Shown here in pieces: positions 51,376-64,000 of a DNA stretch of 64,000 nt (the first letter of the stretch is position 1; each line of letters starts with the position of its first letter). Location: NCBI GenBank assembly GCA_965112155.1, contig OZ218098.1. One strand, given 5' to 3'. The stretch is from Podarcis liolepis. Lineage: Eukaryota. Both the position numbers and the translations under genes were made by a program. The notes below the pieces were generated by a model. The model saw only the letters and a list, made by a program, of their open reading frames with translations. It made no database searches and had not been told where the DNA came from.

Positions 51376-53078
51376 GTGAGTAAACTTTGAAATACCAGTT
51401 GGAAATGCTGCCCTATGTCACCCTAGTTTGCTGTTTGATGCAAAACCAAAGAGTTTGATTCTTACAAACTTAGGATGTGTTCAGTCCACTGTTTTATGTG
51501 GTTTTGCACCCAGACAATAGGAAAGCATCCTCATCATGCCAAGGTACTTATCTGTCACCATCAGGACAAATGGCCCCACCCTTTAAATAGAGCTGAGACT
51601 TGTGTGCCTTTAGAACATGTGTGCAAACCCATATAAGCCACATGACCCCACAGTAAACCATCTGAGGAATTGTGGCAATGAGAATATATGGGGTGCTGTA
51701 GTAAGCGAAGAAGTGCCCAAAATAAACCAGGTGTAGCATTACCCTAAGCATGAAGGAAGGAGATATGCATGAGTCCCAACCTTTATGCAACACTGGTTCC
51801 ACTAATACGGATGGAAGCATGTTACAGGTGTTGATGGAGACTATTGAAGCTTTTAAAACTACAACTTTATTGCAGTGGTTCCAAAATACCTATTAATTAT
51901 TAAGCCTTTCTCTATTTCCAGAAATCTAGGTGAGACACCCCTTATAGTTCAGAAGGATAATAAAAACAATCAATTTTTTATATTGATTATAGTTCAGTAA
52001 TTCTTTATTGTCACTGATAAGTGTAAACTGTTTAATTATTATTTACGGTTATTTAATGTTACTGTTTACTATTATATTCTAATAGATTATTGAATATTGC
52101 TTTATTTAAGTTGTTTAAAGTTTTTGTGACTTTTTTGTATTGCATCAGATTGTTATTACATGTGTGATCTTTGCTGTTTTGTTGTTTCTTCAGCTTGTAG
52201 GCTGCCTTGTGTATAGTCTTATAGAAAGACGGTATACAAATTAAAAATGAAATGAAATGAAAAAGAAGCATAATACCTCAGCCTAAAGTACAGAGTTTTT
52301 TGTTGCTAAGGTGTACTCAAGTTCCAACAGCTTGAGATAGATTACTGGGCCTGTGGGTGACAAGTTTCCACTTGTACTTAATATTTCCTCGTGAGCTTTC
52401 ATCATACTCCTTGCTCAGCACTGCTGAGTAGCAGGGACGCGGACTTATAAAAAAACGAATTTTTGAGGGGGCTCGGGCCCCCTCAAGCCCCATGGAGTCG
52501 GCGCCTATGCTGAGTAGGCATGGCACACTGGGAAAAGACAACATGGTTGTCTGTGGCTGTGTGATTGATTGTGTGGAAGTCTTTTTGGCTGAAGCTATAA
52601 AACTTCCATACAATATTTGTTGTGCACTACAGTCCCAGAGCTGGAGAAGAACTCATGGGGGTTCGAGATATGTGGGAATTCGGAGGAAGGATTCAAAAGA
52701 CATGAAAATTGGCCAGTTCTGATGCTTTATTAAAGAAAGGTATAGACTTACAGCAAAACGCAGCCTGCCAGTTCTCCTTGCATCTCGTGCGCAACGGACA
52801 CCACCAGGCAAGAAGATGATGGACTGTCTGCACCCAAGCAAAGATGCACACATTCTTTATACAACAGGACAGCATACGTCGCATGTCCTGTGGAATTGAC
52901 TCAATCATTAACCTGGGGATTTGTAAACTTTATGAGAATTGTGTGTCTGGTGGTGCAAATGCACAGGGACATCTTCACAGCTTACTTGAACACTGCCACA
53001 CCACACACACACTTTGCCCTGTCTCCATCCACTAGCATTTATTGCTTGAGGTGTTTGGTTCACTGTAAGTCCCATTAG

Positions 53079-53177
53079 CCTTCTGCACCAACCATCAGAT
53101 CAAATAAGCTCCAACGTTCGGCCCAGTCAAAAGAAACACAGATATGGTTTGGGAAAGATGTGCCTGTCCTTGAGTAG
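53079..53177 (+). CDS. MISFA: putative MISFA/Kastor-like microprotein, coding exon 2 (PSAPTIRSNKLQRSAQSKETQIWFGKDVPVLE*)
   Basis: TAG acceptor in phase 0 (weak pyrimidine tract); weak similarity to the recalled mammalian C-terminal half. Confidence 0.5.
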   Translation, partial: PSAPTIRSNKLQRSAQSKETQIWFGKDVPVLE

Positions 53178-54817
53178 TTCAGCAGCCTCTTTGAAACTCA
53201 ACATCATACTTACCGGTAACTCTAATTACTGAGTAAACTTTAGATGAAGGGGAGAAAGTGCATAGTATAAAAAGACTTGAAAAATATTTCAAATTCTGTA
53301 TGATATTTCATATTTGCACACTCACACCCACAAAATAGGTTAAATCTACTTTTTAGTTATTCATGCCCCAGAAAGCTTCCAATTCATCACTTTTCCAACA
53401 AAATTGATTTAATGACAACTCACAGGCAGTTTAAACATTGTTCTGTCACTCCCATCCTGCTGTGTTCATCCCATATGTTGCTCCAGAGTGTCCCTTGTGA
53501 AGCCACAGGGGCTGGGGGGGGGGGCAGCCAGATAAGCCCTAGGGCATTACTGAAATTCTACTTGCTCTTCTCAGGTTTCAGCCTACAAATGGCACAGGGC
53601 ACAGATCAGATTACTGAATGTCTCAGTTTTGATGATTTTTAAAAAGTGTTTCTAGCCCCAATGGTTGCAAAGCTGTTACGCTTGAAAGGTAGTGGTCAGT
53701 GCCTGGTGAAATAGAGGTGATCTGCTGAGCATCTAAGCCCTCTGAAAATCAGAATAAAAATGCAAAATAGTAAGAATGACACGAAAAAATTATGCATATA
53801 AGGTCTTATGCATACTTGACCCAATGCATCTGGGTAATTGATTTGCTTCTCATGCAGAATTGCCTAGTGAAGAGGAACAAAACGAAAGCTGAAGGTGTTA
53901 TCCCTAGACCAGTTTGTACCTGCGTACCTTAAAATCAGCCTCTGAGTCAAGCCTCAACATATGGCCCTTTTTCTCTATGAATGTTGGTTGAAGAGTGAAA
54001 TGCTTCCCTCCAAACTTTTCAGTAATATTCTGTGTGTTTGGTTACAGGCTGAACCTGCAAAGAACGAAGGTGATAAGCATTAACTGGCATTGTCCTTTAG
54101 AGGAACACAACCCAGGACAGACTTCCCATCTTCTTTAAGAGCAACAAAGATGTTCCAGTTCAGAAGTTTTAAAACATCAGCAAGAAAGGAGTTTCAGGAG
54201 CTGATGCTTACTGCAGTACTGAAGGCAATGAAGCATATTGTTTCTGTTGTTGGTAACACATAAATTGATTGCACAGCATCATGTTATATGTTTATGACCA
54301 AGTTACCCGGACCTTCAAATATGTTACCACGTTTCACGATGCGCAGGGCAAAGTGGATCTCAAGCATTACCTATAAGAGCATATTTGAAATAGATTATGC
54401 TTCTGTTTAAGGGACAATCACATAGAACGTTTCGTATCCGATACGATTTCTGATGGACTATGTACTTTTAAAATTGCCTACTACCTGCAGTAGCAAAATT
54501 CACTTGGTGTTCACTATTCTGAAAATATAATGGGTGGAAAAAGACATAAAGGTTAATGTCTGTGGAATGATTTATTTAGTCTTTTAATGCAGGTGCCGCC
54601 TTTCCCATGAAGATTTGAAGGCATTTCACACAAATGTGAAAGTTAAATACTGTAATAGCAAGCAACAAACTTCTTAATTTTAAAGTTTAATTTTTTTAAA
54701 AAGCATGCCTATTTATTGTCTGCTGATTAGCATTCCAAAATAAGCATTGTATAATGAACTATAGCACAGTTATCCTATTCCCATGTAAATAAGCCACACA
54801 TAAAGGAGTATATAGCC

Positions 54818-55143
54818 CAGGGGTCAGCAAACTTTTTCAGCAGGGGGCCGGTCCACTGTCTCTCAGACCTTGTGGGGGTCCGGGCTAGATTTTTTTTGGG
54901 GGGGGGGAATGAACGAATTCCTATGCTCCACAAACAGCCCAGAGATGTATTTTAAAGAAAAGCACACATTCTACTCATGTAAAAACACCAGGAAGGCCCT
55001 ACAAATTACCCAGAGATGCATTTTAAATAAAAGGACACATTCTACTCATGTAAAAACACGCTGATTCCCAGACTGTCCACAGGCTGGATTTAGAAGGCGA
55101 TTGGGCCAGATCCGACCCCCAGGCCTTAGTTTGCCTACCCATG
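54818..55143. mobile_element. hAT-type MITE
   Basis: CAGGGGTCAGCAAACT / AGTTTGCCTACCCATG imperfect TIRs; internal duplicated ACACATTCTACTCATGTAAAAACAC; clean TSD not found. Confidence 0.7.
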
Positions 55144-56704
55144 ATATTATAGCCTAGACTATCAAAGCCTATAGGGAGATGGACTTAAATAAATACTTAA
55201 CTAATTCCAGAGCTTAAGGTGTTAGCAGAGAACAGTTAAGATTATTGCATCTACACCACCAAAGGTAGTGCTAATTTATATTGGGGAAAATGTTGCAGAG
55301 CCGAGTTCTTCTGTTCAGCATTTCAGACACTTCGTTCAATCCATACCACCTAGACTCTGCATTCCATGCCTCCTGAGCATACTCAGTCCTCACTGGGCAA
55401 GGCTGTTTGTTTGGTTCATTCCCCATTTTTGGCAAATATTGGTGTAGCCTGGAACCCAAATACCCCATTATCTATAGATGGTGCCATTTTGGTACATAAT
55501 ATCAAATACTTGGGGAACTGGATTCATTATTACTGTCTATGACTCTATGGTGATTGTGTGAGAAAAGGAAGTGTCCATGACAAAACCTTTAATAAGTTTT
55601 CTCATTTAATGGAAACGTCATATCAAGTCTTTTTGTTTCTCTTCAATAAAATGTGTCTATTCTGTTATCTTCTTTGGGAACATCCTGCACATCTTCCATG
55701 GCCATCCTTTGGGGTGCGAATTTCATCACCCTGAGGCCTGATGGTTCAGAGTATCTAGTTATCTGGAAGTCCAGAGTGTCTTTGCAGATGCCTTTTATGT
55801 TTCCTTTGCTTGCTATTCTTAGTTGGACAACTCCTCAACCTCTGAGAATTTCTGCAGACACTGTGGATGTCTAACTGGTTCCGCATCTTAAAGCAAATGC
55901 AGTACTCGCAACACAATACATGCATCTGGCTCTTTAAAATTAGCTTTGTGGCTTAGCTAGAGTTTTGTCATCACCACTTTGCTCCCCCCCCCAAAAAAAG
56001 AAATTCAACTCAGTTTTGTGCAGAAGGTATCTGGGGTAGCAGGTGGCTTTGAGTACCAAAATGAAGCTGCTAAAAGTGTGGATGAAGGGGAAGAGGCCAT
56101 AGGGTCATGCTGAAGGTGTGCAAAATTATTTCACTTTAACATCTAAAGATTCTTTGGCTCTCTCATTGATTTAGGGAAGCAGTTACAGAATACAAAGTAC
56201 AGTCATAATATGGCAAGCATGACGTGAAGTTTTTGGTTTTTGTATTAACTGGGCTAAAGCCATAAAGATGAAATTCAACAGATATATGCTGTGTTACAGC
56301 TCAATGGACAACTGCTTTTCCAGTTTTTAATTTTCCACTATGATACAATCTTATATATGTTACTGAACTATAGCACAGTATTTGTACTGAACTCAGTCAA
56401 TATTATTCCCTAACATTAGTGACTATGACAAAGTAGTCAGAAACAGCATCATCCAATTAAAACTTTTAATATTTGATCTGTTATTTAATAACTCAGCTAT
56501 TTTGATACTCTGTAATATGATCTAATAAATTCCAGCAGCTTCTGCATGGCTCAGACACTTAATAACAGAGTGAAAGAGAAAACTTTAAGGATCAAAGACT
56601 ATTTTGCAAGGAGTCCTGTGGAAGGAACACCGTGGTATTTTAAAGTCTCCTACAAATTAATGCAAACCAGTGAAAAATTCAATAAAATGTTTTAATGTCT
56701 GTAA

Positions 56705-56710
56705 TTTATT
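56705..56710 (-). terminator. probable SPTY2D1 distal polyadenylation signal
   Basis: AATAAA (plus ATTAAA at 56691-56696) on minus strand, ending an AT-rich, repeat-poor stretch of about 3.4 kb after the stop. Confidence 0.5.
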
Positions 56711-59700
56711 ATATACATAATTTGCTTTCAGACTGCACTTCAAATGTGCAAAAGCATACACTCTTGACAGCACCAGAAAAAAACAATAAGGTTAACAGTT
56801 TTTACCTGATTTGTCACATTGTGTTAAACACAATGAGCTTCACAAAAAACAGAACATGGAATCTAGAAGCATCCTCAGTTATATGCTAACACTTGATTGT
56901 AGTACTCTGACTCAACAAAATAAATAGAAATCCAACATAGTCATCACAATTAATTTACTAGTCTCTTCAAGACTGTATTTTCTTTCCAGTGTTTTGGTAT
57001 CCTGCAATATATGTAGAAATACACTTTGGGGTAATTAAATTTACAGAAAGCCAAAGCCAAATAAAAATTAGTTATGCTGGATAAAAACCAGGGGCTTATA
57101 AAAAATAAGATTTTATACATTTTGAAAGAGTTCTCCATTAAAGAATAAATCAGAGTTGTTTGCTAGGATTTTCCATGAAATGTGCTGCCCTGGCCTCTGT
57201 CAGATGCTGCTGTAAAAAGTGTAAGTACAGCCTTAATAAAATACATATAAGGCAATTGCAAAATTAAGTTTTAATTAAATACAAAGTGCCCTTCAGTTTT
57301 ACTTAGTAATATCAATAAATATTAACTACTGTAGTTGTGCAATACAAGACCTGGAAGGACTTTATAAAAAACTATGCTATTTCACATGATCAAGCATCAG
57401 CAAAGCATCTTTGACAGCAGAATTAACTCTTCACCCTACATTCCTTGAAATATTAATGTATGTAAAAGAAGGCACATCTTTCACTGAACAGAATCAGCAA
57501 CTTAGAGTAGAGTTCTGCTAATGCAATCTATGACATCTCTATAGAAGCCTGACACCTCCAAAAGGAAAATATTCAATTTGTTTCTTTTGCTTCAGTGTTG
57601 TATATGCCTTGGAAGAAATGAATATTCTAGCTTATTAATGAACCATTAAATAATTGATATATTTATTTTAAGGGGAAGAACCAAGAAAAATGACGGGAAA
57701 AACATTTTCCTGCCACACACAAATAATGCAAACAGACATGTTAAACAGCTCATCATCTCAAAAGAGAATACAATTATTCTCTAGAATGCATGATTATTCT
57801 CATGTTCAGGGCAAGTTTCTATTTTGGAAGTTCTAAAGTGATAAAAGAAGATTGGCAATATTGGTTATGTTATCTTCTACAAGACAAGTAACACTGAAAT
57901 GTTTCAGAATACAGTCTTGAACAGAACTTACAAGATGTGGTTAAAACATGCATGTGAATAATGATGATTTCTGTTCAGATTTCTGGTGCTACAAATTCTT
58001 CAGCTTGCTGAGGACTGTACCTAGGCTGATGATTAAGATACATCCTCACATTAGAATAATTATAAAATGAACAGCAGCCTGGTCATGTTTCCAACAGTCA
58101 TTGCCTTGAATGAATTAAAAAGACAAATGAGTGCATTTGCCAGATTCATGTGTGCATATATTAATCACAGCAAGATGTAACGCAGACAAATGGGAGGAAA
58201 TAGCACTAGTGATAACAGTAACCTTTAAGTTAAGAGTTCCAGTTCAGATGCATGCTAACTGTAGCAACTGTCCAATAGTTTCATTTCAGCAAACACCACC
58301 CAACAACAAAAAGGGGTGGCTGAAGGATTTTATAAGCAAAGGTTCTTTATTTTCTTTACATTAATTCTCCTGATTAAACTCCACTTCTCATTTTGAAGGC
58401 TGAATTCATTCATTCCTGTTACTTATTACAATTTCACCTCCAATTATTCTTTAAAATGTAGTCAATCTTTGCTAGAATACCTCTCCGCTAGAACACTAAT
58501 CAGGATACACTGTCCTACCTTAGTTTTAGCTTTTAGAAGAGTATCATATTCTTCATTATTGGCCTAACGATGCAATTTTTAGCAAGCATAATCATTTTTT
58601 TATTTATTTGACAGCATATCATGGACACCAGAGTAATAAAATACATGAAACACGACTGAAATCTCAAACCACAGTACTTTTAAATGGGGGAAAACCTAGA
58701 ACTTTTTGTAACATACAACTACTGTGTTAATTTTGTAGTAGCTTTAAATTGGTGTGTAACCAAGCGTTCAAAAACCAACAAAAATGACCTTTTGACAAAG
58801 TATAAAGGTCTGTTTCTTTGTGGGGAATTTATTCAGCTGCTTTATTGAACAACTGTTAAGAATAACTATAAAGATGCCTACAATGAGAAGGATGTAGATT
58901 GAATTGGTGTCTATTCTGGAATAAACTAGTTGGCAATATACACCAGCAGGCTTTGGAGTTGTTATGCAATATGCACTTAATCTAGAAATGGAGCCTGGAA
59001 AAAATGGGGTATATTCTAAAAATATTCCTAAAATGTAGTTAAGCCAAAGTCATAGAAATTATATATCTATATAAAATGTAAGTTTGCGTTTCCCAAGATA
59101 ATTTTATTTTTATTTTTGGCAATGAAATCCCAGACCTACAAGGCAAGCTCATCATTTGGTCCCATTTCTTATTGAAATAATTTCTAAATGACACGAAGCA
59201 GCTCAATTCTATCTTCTGCACAGCAGGATAGGAAAACATCAGGCAGTGGACTGACTCTTATCAGCTCAAGGAAGACTTCAAACACATGGGAATAGATACA
59301 GGGTTTCCCAAGGCCCCACTCTACTGAATTCAAGAAGCCAGAGAAACAACCTTATATTACTAGAACCAGCAAGTTAGCTTTGCAAGGGGAGGCAGGATGA
59401 GATTTCTGTTGGCATGTATGATGCTGTTTTCTTTTCTTCATGCCAGACACTGCTGTCTGTTTGTTCCACAACAGCTACTTCTAGGGGATAGGTTCAGTCT
59501 ATTAGTTTTCGAAGACAACGCTCATGACCTTTCATGATAACATTGCTTTTTCAAATAATCTTCTCCAATACAGGTCAATATTGCTTTCAACATCAGGAAC
59601 AGCAGCGACAATTTTTTAATCTGTGCTTTATCTGAATGGGAAGAATGATATTTAAGAATCTTGACTCAGGACACAAACAACATTATTCCTTTTTAAAGTA

Positions 59701-60071
59701 AAATGAAGAATGCAGGCTGTCGTACTGGTGTGAGGGCCCACATTTTGCAAGCCAGTGCATAGTCAGTCAGTAGTCTGCTGGCATCTTTGAACTAATTTAG
59801 GCAGTAGTAACATTCATTTCCACTTTAATTCCGTCTATATTCTCAATTAGTGCATTTATTTTATAAAAAGGAGGCATTGGCAAATATTAAAAATATGAAT
59901 TTGTGGGTCAAATTAAAGAACCATATTTCTATATTTCCATTTTCTACTCACGTTTTTACCCTTTCATATGCAAAGTAAAACTAAAGCTGAAATTTGGAAC
60001 AAGCAGCAGAATTGGGGGGGGGGGGAGAGAAATGGAAGAATAACAAGAAAACCATAGCAATGGCAAACTGA

Positions 60072-60168
60072 TTAACGTGTTCTCAGCTTCTTTGCCTGCT
60101 TCTTTCGTTTCAATTCCTCTTCTTCACGTCTTAGCTCTTCTAGATCTTCCTGCATTCCAAGCCTCAAG
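60072..60168 (-). CDS. SPTY2D1: SPTY2D1 last coding exon (LRLGMQEDLEELRREEEELKRKKQAKKLRTR*)
   Basis: AG acceptor, phase 2, TAA stop; SPT2 C-terminal domain. Confidence 0.95.
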
Positions 60169-61496
60169 CTGCGGAATAAAGATTTAGTTACACTAAAATC
60201 TGAAGATAATTAAACCCAAAATGTAGGAGCACAAAAAGTCCCTAGCCAGGAGGAAATCAACATAACCCCTCTTACAATTACCCATCACTAGACAGCTTGC
60301 AGAAATCTTAGCTAGGTTTAGGATATTCCCTAGAGAAGCCATATTAGAAACTGCTTTACATTTCCAGGGATGCAACAGCACTGGAATATGCTACAATTAG
60401 ATTGGGAATATAAAAATAAATGGTTCCCATAACATATTGAGATGGCACAAGGTTACAAGCCAACCCAATACTAAAAACATGCTATATAAATACTTCTTAG
60501 AAAAGCTGGCTAATTGTAATTGCTGCTGCAATGGGCCTGAACAATAATGATATCCCCCAATTAAGAGTATAGATATAGTGAGTTAGAGCAGCTGAAATTT
60601 GTATTCACATGATGCTTTGAAGATGCTACAAGGATCAAAATACCTCCAGACGATCCTATAAATGACCAGACAGGAAACCAAACTGATTGCATTTATATTC
60701 TATTTTTGCACAGTACACTTCCAGAGGCTTAGGCATGTAAGCTTGTTGCAGTGAAACCACAGAACAGGGACCACCAATCTTTTTGGAGCAGTGGGCATTT
60801 TACAAATTCCTGGCCAGTCCTGAGGGCGCTAGTCACAAAATAGTGCACATGGACAGTGTGGTGTAACACAAAATTAGAGAGAAAACTACCCCCGACAACC
60901 TTATGCTCACTATGGGGAGCCAGCTGATTGTGGAGACCATGCAATACACACAGAATTGCTATGCAATAAAAACAGAGAGCATTCCTCTGTACTAGGAAAA
61001 ATATACAAGGTGGCCACATCACACTCCCCCCCTCAGAGAAGATACCTGTACATTTTGCCCCATAACTTTCATTTTAGGAGAGCTAGACACTTGCTTATTT
61101 TAAATGAAAACTCAGAGTTGGGGCGGTGGTGTTCCCAGGGGCACCAATAAAAACCAATTAGTGCCAGGTTGGCAACCCCTGCCATGGACTGTTTTGCAGC
61201 AGCTTAAAGACCTGCTTGAATTAAATGTTCCATTCTTCCAATCATTCTGCCTGTGCAAGCATCCCAGCTTGCCAGATGGAACAATACCCCCCATTCTGTT
61301 CTAGGGATTCTGCTGACCCTTCCCCAGAGCCAATTTTGAGAGGCCTGTGGGGAGAGGCAGGGGAAAGCACTGTTGCACAAGCAGAGGTCCTTGTGCAGGG
61401 CTTCTGCCGACAGAGCTGGTTAGGTGAAAAATGTATTAAGTATTGCAATGAAATACAAGAATTACAGTCTTAGCTTCAATATATGCTAAATAAGTA

Positions 61497-61721
61497 CAGT
61501 GGTGCCTGGGTTACATACGCTTCGGGTTACAGACTCCGCTAACCCAGAAATAGTGCTTCAGGTTAAGAACTTTGCTTCAGGATAAGAACAGAAATTGGGC
61601 TCCAGCGGCATGGCAGCAGCAGGAGGCCTCATTAGCTAAAGTGGTGCTTCAGGTTAAGAACAGTTTCAGATTAAGTACGGACCTCTGGAACGAATTAAGT
61701 ACTTAACCTGAGGTACCACTG
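61497..61721. mobile_element. Tc1/mariner-pogo type MITE, family A (inverted relative to the 11501 copy)
   Basis: TIRs, TA TSD, internal homology to 11501-11718. Confidence 0.9.
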
Positions 61722-62308
61722 TATGCAAAAAACTCACAATAGCAGGAATTGGTCCATATAATCATCTTAGCTTCACTGAGTAGAACATTTTTAATGGGAC
61801 AAAAATCATTGTATCCATTTGGGCCCAATATTTAAAATTGTTTTTAGGAGATCACTGCCTTTCTGAGGAAGCTACAGTCTTTGACAGTCTTCCCAGGGAC
61901 CATCATTCAAGCAAGCATGGATGCTGAGGCTCTATACACTAACAAAGATGGGTAAGAATCCATCAGGAATATTATCCCAGTTGATCTCTCCACCAAGTTG
62001 GTCACATTGTCCTCACTTATTTCAAATTTATGGAGGGCTTTTGGTTTCAGGTTAACAGCACTGTGATGAAAACGGGCAGATCTCCACAGCAAGCCAATAT
62101 ATTTATGGCTGACTTTGAATCATTTCCACAGCTTCTCTCCCCAAAAATCTCCCCTTCACAGACTTCAACCATTTTGCTCACATTGCTTGCCATGGCTCAC
62201 AATGATTCCAAACTCATCATTATTTGGAATCACATTAATGGAACTGTTTCTTTTTGATGAATGACCAAAATCTGGGAGAGTGAAGTGGATAGATTCAACT
62301 CTGCTTAC

Positions 62309-62386
62309 CTTTTGGCTTCCTCCTTCTGTTGCTCCTTCCAGCTGCTTTCCATGTAACGTAAGGCATAATCACTTTCGTCTTTATAT
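62309..62386 (-). CDS. SPTY2D1: SPTY2D1 penultimate coding exon (YKDESDYALRYMESSWKEQQKEEAK)
   Basis: 78 bp, AG/GT, SPT2 motif. Confidence 0.96.
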
Positions 62387-62886
62387 CTGAGAGTAATAGG
62401 CAAAATGAAATGCAATATGTTCACTTTTGCTATAATACATAAATGCATGTGTTTCAGAACCAGAATTGTATATGCATTTAAATAAAACAGAAATATGTTT
62501 CAAGTAACCTTATAATTATATGGCTGGACCAAGTCAGTTCCTTTCAGTGCAGGGGTGGGGATCTTGAGTCTCAGTAATCATATGCTTTGGCAAATACTAG
62601 TAAATAAATAGGCTGCATATAGTAGTATATCAGCCCCTTTCTTGCATTTTTTGAGTACATGCACATTCATATTTTTTATCCTCAATTATAGTTGACAGAA
62701 ACCATTGAGAACTTTTGCTCAAACTCTGTTTTCTTAAGGAGCTCCTGATTAATTTCAAAAGTACTCAAGCAGACTAAATTATGAAACTGTATCGGGGAAA
62801 ACTTTATTTATGCACCTTACATGAAAGTTATAGAGACTGTCATAACTACACAATGGTATAAAATGATGCAAAATTCTTTTTCTCAC

Positions 62887-63049
62887 CTAGCCCGATCATA
62901 GCCAAATATCTCTTTAATATGTCTAGAGATTTCTTCCTGGGACTCTCCTTCATCATCTATGAAGTCCTCCATTTCAGAATCGTATTCATCTTCATCGTCT
63001 TCATATTGCCTTTTACTAGTAATCGGTGGAAGAGATGGTCTTGGAAAAC
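62887..63049 (-). CDS. SPTY2D1: SPTY2D1 internal coding exon (FPRPSLPPITSKRQYEDDEDEYDSEMEDFIDDEGESQEEISRHIKEIFGYDRA); upstream exons outside the window
   Basis: 163 bp, AG/GT, acidic DFIDD and IFGYD SPT2 motifs. Confidence 0.95.
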
Positions 63050-64000
63050 CTAAGGGGTGAAATTCAGAAATGTAATACACACTTCCAAACCCGCTGCAAC
63101 ATTTATTTTTGTGCTGCATTGGTTTTTCACTAGCTAATACAGTCACTTCATGAGGCTTTACATGGGTTACATTCTGGACAGCTATTGGTGTAATGAAGGC
63201 AGATTAACTTTTGGCCCTCCAAATGTTGCTGGACTACAAGTTCCATCATTTCTGATTGCTGGCCATGGCTGACGGGGGCTGATGTGGGTTCATCATCATC
63301 TGAAGGCACACAAGTTAGTCATCCCCGCTACCCAGCATTTAAGTAACAAATTTAGTTGGATCACTGTAAATGGCTTGGCAAAAAGAAATGTTCTTTTCAA
63401 ATGCAGGGGCGTATTGCATCAACACAACAAATCTACTCTTGGAATACAAATCTGAAATCCTCCTCATAACAAGAATACTAAATGGTGTGTGTTTACTAGG
63501 CCTTTTGCTTCAAGCATTATTAGGTAGCTTATTATGTACCAGGCAGATTATTATGTACCAGACGCAAGGCCCAACTGGTCCGACATCCTGTTCTCACAGT
63601 GACCAACCAGATGCTTATAGAAAGTTTGCAAGCAGGACCTGAGTGCTATAGATAGATAACAGTGGCAGTAGAACATCATGGCAAGCCCTATCCTCCATTA
63701 ATGCTTCCAATTCACTTTCCAACATATCTAAGATGGTGGCCATCACATCTTATAGAAATGAATTTCATAGTTGAACTACCGGTACGTGCTGCATGCAGTA
63801 GTTCTCTTTTATCTGTCCTGAATCTTCCAACATTCAGGTTAGTTGAATTGCCCTGGGTTCCAGTATTATTTGGGGGGAGGGGATAATTCCCATGCAGTTT
63901 CTCTACACTAGAACACAACATCTGCACTTAATTCCATCTGCTTGACATGTTAGGCCCAGATTTGGAAAAGCAGGGCAAGGCGAAGGATGATTTGTGCTTA

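Noticed and set aside
51922-51929. Apparent 8-nt microexon (ttccag|AAATCTAG|gtgaga) in the microprotein intron
   Set aside because: It would shift the frame away from the Kastor-like C-terminus; no independent support
55640-55900. Purine-rich minus-strand stretch with about 60 open codons
   Set aside because: Interrupted by an upstream stop, no recognisable homology or convincing exon boundaries

Overview
Vertebrate genomic DNA with spliceosomal introns, most likely a squamate (lacertid-type) lizard judging by a Sauria SINE and associated repeats. It covers the conserved LDHA-TSG101-UEVLD-SPTY2D1 neighbourhood. Gene models built by hand from splice sites and reading phase: last 6 coding exons of LDHA (+, 518-8353); complete TSG101 (-, 10 exons, 34400-9796, 393 aa); complete UEVLD (-, 12 exons, 48840-38230, 479 aa, GC-AG first intron); last 3 coding exons plus a long 3'UTR of SPTY2D1 (-, 63049-60072). 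Two elements are not explained by these models. (1) An intact, phase-compatible 581-nt exon in TSG101 intron 7 (20475-19895, -) encodes a retroelement-type SGNH hydrolase domain whose catalytic His is replaced by Leu. It predicts an alternative TSG101 isoform (UEV + proline-rich region + SGNH) lacking the ESCRT-I-assembling C-terminus. (2) A two-exon 55-aa hydrophobic microprotein (51307-51375 + 53079-53177, +) sits at the syntenic position of mammalian MISFA/SPTY2D1OS (Kastor) and resembles it. Most ORFs in the supplied track are spurious (alternative starts, repeats, antisense frames). Family assignments come from motif recognition and memory, not from database searches.
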